A stretch of 64,000 nucleotides of DNA. Source: Candidatus Latescibacterota bacterium. Lineage in GTDB: Bacteria; Latescibacterota; UBA2968; GCA-2709665. The position numbers and the translations under genes were made by a program. The notes beneath the pieces are model-generated. The model saw only the letters and a list, made by a program, of their open reading frames with translations, was not told the DNA's origin and did not search any database. Of this stretch, positions 38,003 through 47,629 are shown piece after piece (position 1 is the stretch's first letter; each line of letters opens with the position of its first letter). The DNA lies in assembly GCA_965203805.1 (NCBI GenBank), contig OZ241917.1:3648001-3712000 (forward strand). Direction: 5' to 3'.

Positions 38003-39277
38003 TCAGTTACCGATATCCTGGTTTTCTGCCGCCGACGCCTCCTCCTCCGGCCTGGCGTCGTGGAGAGCGCCGAAACGTCTCAATCCCGGCACGCCGGCCG
38101 CGGCGCCGAGGACAACGAGGACCGTCCCGATGCCGCCGCTGACCACCGAGATAACCGGACCGAACCAGTGGGCGACAAGGCCCGATTCCAGGCCGCCGAG
38201 TTCATTGGAAGCGCCAATGAAGACGTAGTTTACGGCCAGCACGCGGCCGCGCATCCGGTTGGTCGTGAGCAACTGGACGAGCGTGTGCCGGACGACCATG
38301 CTGACGTTGTCGAAGGCGCCGGTGAGGAACAGCATCGCCAGAGAGAGCCAGAACGATTGGGAAAAGCCGAAGACGATGGTTGCCGCGCCAAATCCGGCCA
38401 CGGCCAGCAGGAGGTTTCGGCCCGCGCGCCGCATGGGAGGCAGGTAGGCCAGGAGGATGGCCATGCAAAAGGCGCCGACACCGGGGGCGGCGCGAAGCCA
38501 GCCGAAGCCCTGGGGGCCGACGCGAAGGATATCCTCCGCATAGATCGGCAGCAGGTAGACCGCGCCGCCCAACAGCACGGCGAACATATCCAGCGCCATC
38601 AGGGAAAGGATCAGGCGGGTCCGCCAGACGTAGCGGATGCCCGCAAGCAGGGTTGTGAGCGAAGGGGCTTCCGCTCGTTCGGGCTCCGCGCGGAAGGCCA
38701 CCCGGGTCAGGAGCAGGACGAACACGAGGGTACTCGCCGCGCTGAGCGCGTACGCGGCGGGAACGCTGAACATCACGACAAAACCGCCCAGGGCCGGGCC
38801 GATCACCCAAGCCATCTGCATCAGGCTGGTGTTCCACGTAACGGCAATCGGAAAGATGTCTCTCGGTACGAGCAGGGGCACCAGGGCGGTCCTGGCGGGG
38901 CGGCCCAGACACGTCGCCGTCGCATCCAGCGCCAGCAACGCGTACATCAGGACGATCGGCCCCTTCCCGATGGAGAGCGCCAGGAGCGCCAGCGACGTCA
39001 GGGTCGTGCCCAGCATGCTGAAGATGACCACCCGGCGGCGGTCGAATCTGTCCGCCAGGTAGCCCGCGGGCAGGGCCAGGAGGATGGTGGGCAGGGCCTG
39101 CGCGAGCCCGACCAGGCCCAGGGAGAGCGCCTGGCCGGTGCGCTGGTAGATCTCCCATCCGATGGCGATGCTCTGGATCTGGTTCCCCACGATGGCGAAG
39201 AACCAGCCGAGAATGTAACGCCGGTAGTTGGCAATGCGGAAGGCCGCGTAGGGATCGTGCTTCCCGGATACAGAGAT
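38003..39277 (-). CDS. MFS transporter (start codon non-canonical or uncertain)
   Basis: GYLADRFDRR motif A, multiple TM helices, MRGRV. The MFS-like N-terminus HDPYAAFRIANYRRY lies upstream of the first GTG (39190). Confidence 0.88.
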   Translation of the reverse strand: MSVSGKHDPYAAFRIANYRRYILGWFFAIVGNQIQSIAIGWEIYQRTGQALSLGLVGLAQALPTILLALPAGYLADRFDRRRVVIFSMLGTTLTSLALLALSIGKGPIVLMYALLALDATATCLGRPARTALVPLLVPRDIFPIAVTWNTSLMQMAWVIGPALGGFVVMFSVPAAYALSAASTLVFVLLLTRVAFRAEPERAEAPSLTTLLAGIRYVWRTRLILSLMALDMFAVLLGGAVYLLPIYAEDILRVGPQGFGWLRAAPGVGAFCMAILLAYLPPMRRAGRNLLLAVAGFGAATIVFGFSQSFWLSLAMLFLTGAFDNVSMVVRHTLVQLLTTNRMRGRVLAVNYVFIGASNELGGLESGLVAHWFGPVISVVSGGIGTVLVVLGAAAGVPGLRRFGALHDARPEEEASAAENQDIGN

Positions 39278-39280
39278 CGC

Positions 39281-40645
39281 CTATTTCTCCCGGCTCTTGA
39301 CAGCGTCGCGGATTTCGCGAATGCCGCCTTCCAGCCTGTCCAGGCGTTCGTTGGCGCTGTTCATCTCTTCCTGAATCTTCGCGACCATACCGGCCTGTTC
39401 TTCAAGTTCCTCTGCGTGTATGGCGTCTTCTTCCTTGACGAGAATACTCGTCAGTGTCGCCGTGAAGACGCCCACCAGGACCATTCCGGTAATCACCAGA
39501 AAAACGGTGAGAATTCTGCCGGTTGGCGTCTCGGGGTTGTGGATGTCGGCGTAACCGCCGGTGACAAGCGTTGTGAAGCTCCACCAGAGGCTTTCCCAGA
39601 ATCCGGAACCGGACTCCATGTGTTCCAGAAACATGAAGACGCATGCGCCGAAGACAAGCGACAGGAGGCCATAGAGCAGGGACCGTTTGAGAAGCCGGAC
39701 GTCCAGCGTGGTGCTGAGGTGGTCCATGCCCCGCCAGAAGAACAGTCCGATACGCATCAACCGCAGCGCCCGCAAAATCCGCACGGCCCGCAGGAGCCGG
39801 CCCAGACGTACGAAGCCGACGTCGCCCGAGGCGGCAATAACCTGCACCGGGGGAAGCGGAATGGACGTGATGAAGTCGATCCAGTTGTTCTTCCAGTACC
39901 ATGTCTTGGAAGCGGCAAGCTTGTGTTCGAAGACGAAGTTGGCCATGAAAATTGTGCAGCAAACCACGTCGATAATCCAGAAGATCCAAAGCGTGCCCAC
40001 AGAGAAGTGGGGGTGTACTTCCACAATCGGTTTCTTGTATTCTGCCCCGCCATCTACAATGTCCACCCCTGTCAGTTTTCCTCCGGTCACCTGCCCGGAA
40101 ACGAGTGCGCCGTTCCCGGCCGTATCCACGATGCGTATGTTCACCCGCTCGTATCCGGCGCCCGCCTTCGCGATCAGGATCTTGCTGATCTTGCCCTCTT
40201 TCACTTCCGCCGTTGCCGTCGCGCCGCCTCCGCTGGCGCCGATGCCGAGCAGGTCCACGACAAGAATCGAGATCAGGAATAGAATCAGAAAAAAGATCAC
40301 GATGTCCTTCACGTAAACGTTCCGGACGCTGCCCAATACGCTGGCTTGCCTGTCCATCAGATGTTTCTTCTGAAAGGCCTGTTCGATGACCCGGGCCTTT
40401 TCCTCCAGCCCCTGTCTTTCCTCGATCAACGTGGAAATCCGCGAATCCGCCGCGTCCAGGTCCAGTTCGTAGCGGCCGTGCTTCTTTTTCAGGGCCACCG
40501 CGTCCGCACTCCCGGCCATACGGTTGATCTTCTCTTCCTCCGAGGCCAACTCGCGGTCGATCTTCTCGATCTCCTCCGCGACCAGGTCTCTCATCCTCCT
40601 GATGCGGTCGAGGGAACACGATTCGATACGCTTCAGATTTGACAT
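39281..40645 (-). CDS. 6TM voltage-gated-type ion channel family protein
   Basis: N-terminal coiled coil, WIDFITSIP (S3), Arg-rich S4 RLGRLLRAVRILRALRLMR, pore ESLWWSFTTLVTGGYAD, S6, C-terminal coiled coil. Confidence 0.85.
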   Translation of the reverse strand: MSNLKRIESCSLDRIRRMRDLVAEEIEKIDRELASEEEKINRMAGSADAVALKKKHGRYELDLDAADSRISTLIEERQGLEEKARVIEQAFQKKHLMDRQASVLGSVRNVYVKDIVIFFLILFLISILVVDLLGIGASGGGATATAEVKEGKISKILIAKAGAGYERVNIRIVDTAGNGALVSGQVTGGKLTGVDIVDGGAEYKKPIVEVHPHFSVGTLWIFWIIDVVCCTIFMANFVFEHKLAASKTWYWKNNWIDFITSIPLPPVQVIAASGDVGFVRLGRLLRAVRILRALRLMRIGLFFWRGMDHLSTTLDVRLLKRSLLYGLLSLVFGACVFMFLEHMESGSGFWESLWWSFTTLVTGGYADIHNPETPTGRILTVFLVITGMVLVGVFTATLTSILVKEEDAIHAEELEEQAGMVAKIQEEMNSANERLDRLEGGIREIRDAVKSREK

Positions 40646-40692
40646 CGTTGTCCTTGCAAATTCAGGTTCAGGTTATGTCGGAAATGGATAAA

Positions 40693-40905
40693 TCAGGTGC
40701 CGGATGAACCTCTTCCTATGGATTCCTCGATGACTGCCAGGTGCTCATGCCAATCGGGCTCCCGCGCGGGCCCCTCCAACGCGTCGCATGCACGAAAGAA
40801 CGCCTTGAGATCCGCCTGTGACTCGAAGGGCCGGGACCGCTGCAAATCCTCGCTCCCCTGGCTGGCCGGAGTTTTCCGCGATATGCTCATTATCTTCCCC
40901 CTCAC
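40693..40905 (-). CDS. Small hypothetical protein or remnant at the island edge
   Basis: ORF with a protein-like C-terminus (DLKAFFRACDALEGPAREPDWHEHLAVIEES); no recognised family. Confidence 0.35.
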   Translation of the reverse strand: MRGKIMSISRKTPASQGSEDLQRSRPFESQADLKAFFRACDALEGPAREPDWHEHLAVIEESIGRGSSGT

Positions 40906-40966
40906 TTCGCGTCCGGTAAACGATAGGGCCGTGCGTTATTGGCGATTGCGAAAACAAGAATGATTC

Positions 40967-40998
40967 TTATTAGCGAAATGGGTATGAATCGATAATAA
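40967..40998. promoter_or_regulatory. Palindromic site TTATTAGCGA-N12-TCGATAATAA (copy 1)
   Basis: Arms and spacer length identical to 45870-45901. Confidence 0.65.
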
Positions 40999-41099
40999 CG
41001 TTGTAGGGTTCGCCGACTTTCGAATAGAGGCGATCATTGCCCAATGCAGTCTGGCGAAGTCGGCCGGCTGTGCGTTTCATTCGCTGCAGATTTCCGAGA

Positions 41100-44000
41100 T
41101 TACTCTGAATCCGAACTGCCGAAGCGGGTACGGATAAATTCCCTGGTACTTTCTGCCGGGAGTTTCACGGTTCCCGGGCCGCTGCGGACAAAAAAATCAC
41201 CGCCGTCTTCCTTTTCGAGACCCTTCCACGAGAGGAACACCGGTTCCGGGCTCCGCTGGCAACTCACCACGCAGACTTCCTTGCCGTCGACAATCTGCAC
41301 TTCCGGATCGATGCAGGTGCCGGCGCGATCGCCGAGACCGTTTCGCACAACCTGTGCAAGATGGAGCATAAACTTGTCTCGCGTGTCGAGCCGGTCGTGT
41401 TCTATGCCAACGGCCGTACCGTCGTCGGCAACGCCGATCAGAAGGTCTCCGCCCTCCGTGTTGAGGAAGGCAGCGATCGTCTTGATCGCCGCGTGGGTGA
41501 TGCGTTTGTCGTCTTTCCGGTCTTCTTTCAGGTTCCAGCGCAGCGTGGACTTGAACTCCAGGGTCTTCGACTCGCCCTGTTTGATGAGGTCCTCGGCGCT
41601 GCGGTGAGTGCGGACATATTGATCGAACAGAATGTTCTTGATGACTTCGCCAAACGCACGGTCATCGGTGATGCGCTTGTAGAGATCGAAGTTGGAATCT
41701 ACGATCTCCTGGATAACCTCCTCAACCTTGTGATCGAAGGTCAATCGGACATTCTCGCGGGTATTCACGCGCGCCGCTGCGCCAAGCGCCGCGTCGTCCG
41801 AGAGCCTGTCCATCATCTGGCCGAGCGTGGCGCGGTGCTCTGGGCCGACACCAGCCCCGAAGCGTTCGTTCAGTTCGGCGATGATTCGCGACAGGGTCTC
41901 CATTTCTTCTTCGTGTAACCCGTGTGTGTCCTTTGTGCCGACCGGGTCGAGATTCGTAGTCCCTCGCTGGAGATTGATTCGGCCTTTACGGGTTTCCTGA
42001 ATTCGGTACGACTCCATGTCGATGTTCTGCTGAACCTCAAGCGGCAGCACGGCCCGGTCCATTGGCAACAGGCGGCGCAGGTGTCTCGAAAAGACGTACA
42101 GCTTCTCCAGATCAACGTCGTTGAACGGTAGTATCTGCGCGAGAAACGCGTAGAGCCGCACGTAGTCAACGAGCTGGCCCCGGAAGTCTATCTTTTCGGG
42201 TTCATCCAGGGCCGAAAAACGGTCGACAATGGGCTTGAGCACGCCATGAAGCCGGTCCTGTTTGGCGTCGCTGTCGAAGAAGACTTTGGCGAATTCGTCC
42301 ACGTCGCCCTGATCGTATACCGGAAAGTCGGCCAGGCGCGTCTGGACCTCGTAGAGCCGGTTGGGATCGGTCGCCTCCGAGAGCAGGGTCGTTTCGAAAT
42401 AGGGCTCGAAGGACTCTTTAATGTCATCGGCATCATTGGCGAAATCAAGTACCATTGTGCCGTCTTTTCCCGGCTCTGTGCGGTTAATCCTGGAAAGCGT
42501 CTGCACCGCGTTCACGCCGCCCAGTTTCTTGTCGACGTACATGGTGTGCAGAAGCGGCTGGTCGAAACCGGTCTGAAATTTGTTCGCACAGATCAGGAAT
42601 CGATATTCCAGCGCCTTGAACGTCCTGGCGGTCTGCGCCTCGGAAACGCCGTTCATGCCCGGTTCGGTATAAGATTGGCCGCCGTCCTCGACAGTGCCGG
42701 AGAACGCAACCAACGCTTTAAACGGATAGCCCTGCTCGGTGAGATAATTCTCCACTGCGAGTTTGAACCGCACGGCGTGCAATCGGGAGCGGGTGACGAT
42801 CATCGCCTTCGCCTTGCCGTCGACCTGGCTTTGCACTTGGTCGGCGAAGTGGTCGACCATGATTCGGACCTTCTGTTCAATGGCATGGGGGTGCAGATCG
42901 ACAAATGATCTGAGCAGATACGTCGCCTTGTTCCTGTCGTAGCGAGGATCGTCTTCCACCGTCTTCAACAGCCGCCAATAGGACTTGTACGTTGTGTAGT
43001 TCTCCAGGACGTCGAGGATGAATCCCTCTTCGATCGCCTGGCGCATGCTGTATAGATGGAACGGTTCGAACGATCCGTCCGGACGGCGTGTGCCGAACAG
43101 CTCCAGCGTCTTGGATTTCGGGGTCGCGGTGAAGGCAAAGGTCGAAAGATTCGGGAGGCGCCCGCGCTTCTCCATTTCCTCAAGGATCGCGTTTTCAAGT
43201 TCCTCTTCCGGTGTTTCGGCACCTGATTCCTCGTCCTCTGCTTCCGTGAGAGAATCCGAAGCCAGTACCGCCTTCAGGCTCTTCGTACTCTCCCCGGACT
43301 GCGACGAATGCGCTTCGTCGACAATCAGGGCGAACCGCTTGCCGGGCAACTGACCGATTTCCTCAGCGATCACCGGGAATTTTTGCAACGTGGTGACGAT
43401 AATTGTCTTCCCGGATTCAAGCGCTTCTTTGAGCTGGCGCGAGGTCGTATCGATATTTTCCACAACCCCCAGGGTCTGCTCGAACTGACGCATTGCGCCC
43501 TGGAGCGCGCGGTCGAGCACGCGCCGGTCCGTGATCACCACAATCGAATCGAAAACGCGTTTGTCTTCGGCATCGTGCAACGTGGACAACTGGTGGGCGA
43601 GCCAGGCGATGGTAAACGTCTTGCCGCTTCCGGCCGAGTGCTGGATCAGATAGCGCTGTCCCGCACCTGTCCGTCGAGCATTGGAAATGAGCTGGCGCAC
43701 ACAATCGAGTTGCTGGTAGCGCGGAAAAACGAGCGTCTTCTTGCCCGTCTTACGACCGTTCTCGTCTTCCTCCTCGACTTCGTGGACGAACTGCCGCACC
43801 AGGTCCAGCACGCTGTCGCGCGACCAGGTCTCCTCCCAGAGGTACGACGTGGCATAGCCGGATTGCGTGGGCGGAACCGGCGGGTTCCCCGCACCGCGGT
43901 TGTTGCCCCGGTTAAAGGGAAGGAAGCGTGTCTTGACACCGGCAAGGCGGGTGGTGACGTAGACCAGTTCCGGATCGACCGCGAAGTGCGCCAGGCAGCG

Positions 44001-44633
44001 ACCATAGGCCAACAACGGCTCGCCGCGGGGGTCGCGGTCCGTCTTGTACTGGCGGATTGCGTCCTCGACGGACTGACCGCTGAGCAGGTTCTTGAGTTCG
44101 GCGGTGAATATGGGGATGCCGTTCAGAAACAGGACCAGATCCAGGCTCTTCTCGTTCTTCGTGCTGTAGCGTACCTGGCGGACAACCGTGAAAAAGTTGG
44201 CCATATACAGTTGGCGCGTCTCCTCGTTGAGCCCGCTGGCCGGCCGGAAGTAAGCCAGCCGAAACGTGCAGCCCATATCCTTAATACCGTTTCGAAACAC
44301 GTGGAGAACGCCACGGCGATCGATTTCAGACGCCAGGCGCCTGAGAAAACGATCCCTGACCTCAGCGCCGTAGTGATGGGACAGCTTCTTCCATTCCTTA
44401 GGCTGCGTCGCAACGATGAAATTGTGAACGTCTCTGGACAGAAGGCACAGGCTGCGGTCGTAGTCCTCGGGCGTTCCCTTGAAGTAACCGCCGGGTTCCA
44501 TTCCCTCGCCGCCGACAGGCAACCGGCCTTCACGGACCCCGGCTGGAAGACCTCCTGATCCATCCTTGCCCTGGCCGAGCAGTGCCGCCTCGATGGCGTC
44601 TTCGAAGGCTTTTTCAGAAACAACGGGACTCAT
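41100..44633 (-). CDS. hsdR: Type I restriction enzyme R subunit with a C-terminal Schlafen/AlbA_2-like domain
   Basis: DLVLFLNGIP...ELKN nuclease, QHSAGSGKT, DEAH, FTATPK, FQTGFDQP, QTLSRINR; tail GESKTLEFKSTLRW...AAFLNTEGGDLLIGVADDG. Confidence 0.93.
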   Translation of the reverse strand: MSPVVSEKAFEDAIEAALLGQGKDGSGGLPAGVREGRLPVGGEGMEPGGYFKGTPEDYDRSLCLLSRDVHNFIVATQPKEWKKLSHHYGAEVRDRFLRRLASEIDRRGVLHVFRNGIKDMGCTFRLAYFRPASGLNEETRQLYMANFFTVVRQVRYSTKNEKSLDLVLFLNGIPIFTAELKNLLSGQSVEDAIRQYKTDRDPRGEPLLAYGRCLAHFAVDPELVYVTTRLAGVKTRFLPFNRGNNRGAGNPPVPPTQSGYATSYLWEETWSRDSVLDLVRQFVHEVEEEDENGRKTGKKTLVFPRYQQLDCVRQLISNARRTGAGQRYLIQHSAGSGKTFTIAWLAHQLSTLHDAEDKRVFDSIVVITDRRVLDRALQGAMRQFEQTLGVVENIDTTSRQLKEALESGKTIIVTTLQKFPVIAEEIGQLPGKRFALIVDEAHSSQSGESTKSLKAVLASDSLTEAEDEESGAETPEEELENAILEEMEKRGRLPNLSTFAFTATPKSKTLELFGTRRPDGSFEPFHLYSMRQAIEEGFILDVLENYTTYKSYWRLLKTVEDDPRYDRNKATYLLRSFVDLHPHAIEQKVRIMVDHFADQVQSQVDGKAKAMIVTRSRLHAVRFKLAVENYLTEQGYPFKALVAFSGTVEDGGQSYTEPGMNGVSEAQTARTFKALEYRFLICANKFQTGFDQPLLHTMYVDKKLGGVNAVQTLSRINRTEPGKDGTMVLDFANDADDIKESFEPYFETTLLSEATDPNRLYEVQTRLADFPVYDQGDVDEFAKVFFDSDAKQDRLHGVLKPIVDRFSALDEPEKIDFRGQLVDYVRLYAFLAQILPFNDVDLEKLYVFSRHLRRLLPMDRAVLPLEVQQNIDMESYRIQETRKGRINLQRGTTNLDPVGTKDTHGLHEEEMETLSRIIAELNERFGAGVGPEHRATLGQMMDRLSDDAALGAAARVNTRENVRLTFDHKVEEVIQEIVDSNFDLYKRITDDRAFGEVIKNILFDQYVRTHRSAEDLIKQGESKTLEFKSTLRWNLKEDRKDDKRITHAAIKTIAAFLNTEGGDLLIGVADDGTAVGIEHDRLDTRDKFMLHLAQVVRNGLGDRAGTCIDPEVQIVDGKEVCVVSCQRSPEPVFLSWKGLEKEDGGDFFVRSGPGTVKLPAESTREFIRTRFGSSDSE

Positions 44634-45829
44634 AATGCGACTCGTGCAGGCGTTGTGGTTTTCGTTTCGTCCTCTTTTGCGACAGACGGCGCATCCAGGA
44701 CTTCCAGCACTGCGTCCGCACAATATACACGGTTTCGCTGTGCTTCGCCAACCGGCGTAACAATTCCTGCCGACTGTAACCTATCGACGGCGCGACGAGC
44801 CGTGGTATAGGCGACACCGAGCTTCGATGCAAGCGTGGGGACGTTCCAGAACGGGAAGTCAGCGAACAGTTCCAGGACTTTCTCAAGATTCGCCGATCTG
44901 GCCCCGGCGAACTGATCCGACCAGAGGTGGAACAATTCGTCGATACGTCGGATCCGACCAATGGCGTCTTCCGCCTGTTCGGCAACACCTTGCAGAAAGT
45001 ACACCAGCCACGCCTCCCACGCTCCGTCGCGGGTCACTCGTAGCAGGTGCTCATAATACTCCTTGCGCGTCGATTCAAAGTACGGGCTCAGGTATAGAAG
45101 TGGCGATGGTAAGACGCCACGCGAAACCAGCAGCAGTGGAATAAGCAGCCGTCCAATCCGTCCATTCCCGTCGAGAAACGGATGAATCGCCTCGAACTGT
45201 GAATGCATAAGGGCGGCGTGGACGAGAGGAGGCAGTGATTCGTCGTGAAGAAAGCTCTCCCACGCGCCGAGGCATCCCGTCAGTTCGTCGGGTGGTGGCG
45301 GCACGTACGTGGCATTATTCAGCACCGACCCGGGCGGGCCTATCCAGTTCTGGCTGCGGCGAAACTCACCAGGCGTTGCTCTTTCGCCACGCACACCGTG
45401 CATAAGACGCTCGTGCAGTTCGCGAACCAGCCGTAGCGAAAGCGGAAGCGTTTCCAGGCGATCAATACCGTAGTCCAACGCCACGATATAGTTCGCCACT
45501 TCCTCCAATTCTTCCGCGCTTCGCTCTACCCTCGCTCCGGCATCTGCAGCGAACAACTCGCCAAGGGAAACCTGCGTCCCCTCGATGCGGCTCGAAAGCA
45601 CGGCTTCCTTGAACAGGAACGACCGGATCAAGAGATACGGAACCGCCATGGGCCTGCCTTCTCCCGCAAGACGGCCCATGGCATTATCGGCACGCGAAAG
45701 CGCGAGTACCAATTCTCCGTCCCAGGAAATCTCGGGTGGAAGAGGGCCCGGGACAAATGCGCTGTACCCACTTGGACATCTGACCGTTCGACCGTGGGGT
45801 TGGCGTTGTCCGTTGTTTCCGGATGTCAC
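44630..45829 (-). CDS. Fic family protein
   Basis: HPFLDGNGRIGR active motif, SSRIEGT inhibitory helix, C-terminal HTH; ATGA overlap with hsdR. Confidence 0.93.
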   Translation of the reverse strand: MTSGNNGQRQPHGRTVRCPSGYSAFVPGPLPPEISWDGELVLALSRADNAMGRLAGEGRPMAVPYLLIRSFLFKEAVLSSRIEGTQVSLGELFAADAGARVERSAEELEEVANYIVALDYGIDRLETLPLSLRLVRELHERLMHGVRGERATPGEFRRSQNWIGPPGSVLNNATYVPPPPDELTGCLGAWESFLHDESLPPLVHAALMHSQFEAIHPFLDGNGRIGRLLIPLLLVSRGVLPSPLLYLSPYFESTRKEYYEHLLRVTRDGAWEAWLVYFLQGVAEQAEDAIGRIRRIDELFHLWSDQFAGARSANLEKVLELFADFPFWNVPTLASKLGVAYTTARRAVDRLQSAGIVTPVGEAQRNRVYCADAVLEVLDAPSVAKEDETKTTTPARVAL

Positions 45830-45869
45830 AATGCTGCCTTCTTATCGATTGAGAAAATAACAACGAGAC

Positions 45870-45901
45870 TTATTAGCGAAAACACCATAATTCGATAATA
45901 A
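45870..45901. promoter_or_regulatory. Palindromic site TTATTAGCGA-N12-TCGATAATAA (copy 2) upstream of fic
   Basis: Imperfect 10-bp inverted repeat about 40 bp before the fic start. Confidence 0.65.
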
Positions 45902-45962
45902 TAATACGCAAAATCGGTGAACGTGGAAATAACAGATATGCGAATTAATCCCAAATGAAGGA

Positions 45963-46454
45963 CTATAAATGTCGAAGCACGAATCGCGCCCGTTCCGTCC
46001 TTAGCATATCAAAGGGCGCCATACACTTGATACCAAGTCCAATACACGCGTCGGGAATCTTGACCTTGCGTGGGGAATTCGATGGAATTTCATGAGTAAC
46101 AACGACATGCTGGCCAGCAAAAGCCTGAGCAACCAGATAATAATCCGCTTTCTGAAAGAACGTGTTGACCGCGGATTGGTCATACGTTTGGCCCATGACC
46201 CATTCGCTCACGGTCGTAAGCGCAGCGAGGAGCGTTGAGTCCGGGCGGAGAAAGAAGCCATATCCTCTTTCCTCGGACCAATCGGCAAGTTCATCTTCAA
46301 TCGCAGACAATTCGTCACGGACCTTTTCGATGCTGTACACTTTATCGTTATTGTTCTGCATTATGAGCCATTCCCAAAAAGCCGGGCAGAAATCAAATCC
46401 GTAGTGGAGGTCTTTGGCTTGGATAAACACGTTGGTGTCGAGAAGATAGGCCAT
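45963..46454 (-). CDS. DUF4411-like PIN-domain protein
   Basis: YLLDTNVFIQA, YGFDFCPAFW, ADYYLVA, VVTHE, KIPDAC. Confidence 0.85.
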   Translation of the reverse strand: MAYLLDTNVFIQAKDLHYGFDFCPAFWEWLIMQNNNDKVYSIEKVRDELSAIEDELADWSEERGYGFFLRPDSTLLAALTTVSEWVMGQTYDQSAVNTFFQKADYYLVAQAFAGQHVVVTHEIPSNSPRKVKIPDACIGLGIKCMAPFDMLRTERARFVLRHL

Positions 46455-47600
46455 TTACAGACCCAACCCCAGGCTCTCGGCGACCTGTTTGAATGTGGAT
46501 AGCTTCCTGACTCCCAGCATCCGAAAGGACTCTGTGTAGGATGTTCGACCCTCAAGAGTGCTCACAACGAGAGCCCTTGCCAATCGCTTGCTGACCCGTG
46601 CCCCCACGTTCCGAATCGCGTGGCCTCCACTACCACCCCGGAGATCGTGAAGACGGTCCAACTCAGTTCTGTATGCCGACCAGAACGAATGCTCATCCAG
46701 TCCTCCGACGTCGTGGACTCTTCGCAGGACCACGAGGGTGCTCACCTTGAAACGACGGGCGAGGCGGTTAACTTCGACCCCTGACCCGGTACGGGAGCGT
46801 AACTCCTCTCGGATGGCGTCGGAAGGTACGAGCATCTCCGCCGCTACCTGATTGCACCAGCGTTCTGTAACGTGATCAGGCATCGATATCGTCTCGATGT
46901 TCGATATCCCGGACTTGCCGAGCCAGAGATGGGCGATCTCATGCGCCAGGGTGAACATCTGAGCGGCTTTTGTGTCCGCGCCGTTGATAAAGATGAGCGG
47001 CGCCAGGGGATCCGAAAGGGCAAATCCGCGAAATTCTTCGGGATCGAGAGGCCGATGCGTGTTGCTGCCCACAATACCATTGACCATCACTAGTATACCA
47101 AGCGAGTCGGCCTCGTCGATGAACAGGCGTAAAGCGTCTGTCCACGTGGGGGATTGACGTCGCTGGGCCAGATCGAACTTTAGCGTCTGCCGAATGCTCG
47201 CCGCAGCCGACACAGGTTCCGCCGTCTCATCCATGCTGCCTACGAACTCTAGAGCCGCCTCGCCAGCGCTGCGCGCTTCGTCCCTGTACCAATCCTGTCG
47301 TTGCTGACAGAGATATAGCGTGTCCAACAGATCCGCGGAAGGCCGGCTGACGCAAACACCACTCATTGTTCGGAAATCGATGACAGGTAGCTCTTCGACG
47401 GGTGGCTCAGCAAGAAACATGTACCCGATCGGGGTATACGTCGTTCTGGCGAAGGTCTCCAGTTGCTTCAATGTCGGCTGCACTTCGCCCTGTTCCCAAG
47501 AGTCCAACTTCGGGAATCGCTTTTGCAGGTCATGAACGCTGCGGCCGGACCGCTCTCGCGCCCAGCGCAGAAGTGCTGGTTGTACGTTTACTCGGTTCAT
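46455..47600 (-). CDS. HTH plus ImmA/IrrE family metallopeptidase
   Basis: N-terminal HTH (LLRWARER...WEQGEVQPT), FRGF, FTLAHEIAH, ERWCNQVAAE. Confidence 0.9.
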   Translation of the reverse strand: MNRVNVQPALLRWARERSGRSVHDLQKRFPKLDSWEQGEVQPTLKQLETFARTTYTPIGYMFLAEPPVEELPVIDFRTMSGVCVSRPSADLLDTLYLCQQRQDWYRDEARSAGEAALEFVGSMDETAEPVSAAASIRQTLKFDLAQRRQSPTWTDALRLFIDEADSLGILVMVNGIVGSNTHRPLDPEEFRGFALSDPLAPLIFINGADTKAAQMFTLAHEIAHLWLGKSGISNIETISMPDHVTERWCNQVAAEMLVPSDAIREELRSRTGSGVEVNRLARRFKVSTLVVLRRVHDVGGLDEHSFWSAYRTELDRLHDLRGGSGGHAIRNVGARVSKRLARALVVSTLEGRTSYTESFRMLGVRKLSTFKQVAESLGLGL

Positions 47601-47629
47601 TTGACTGCCTCGTGACAGATTTTTGCGGG

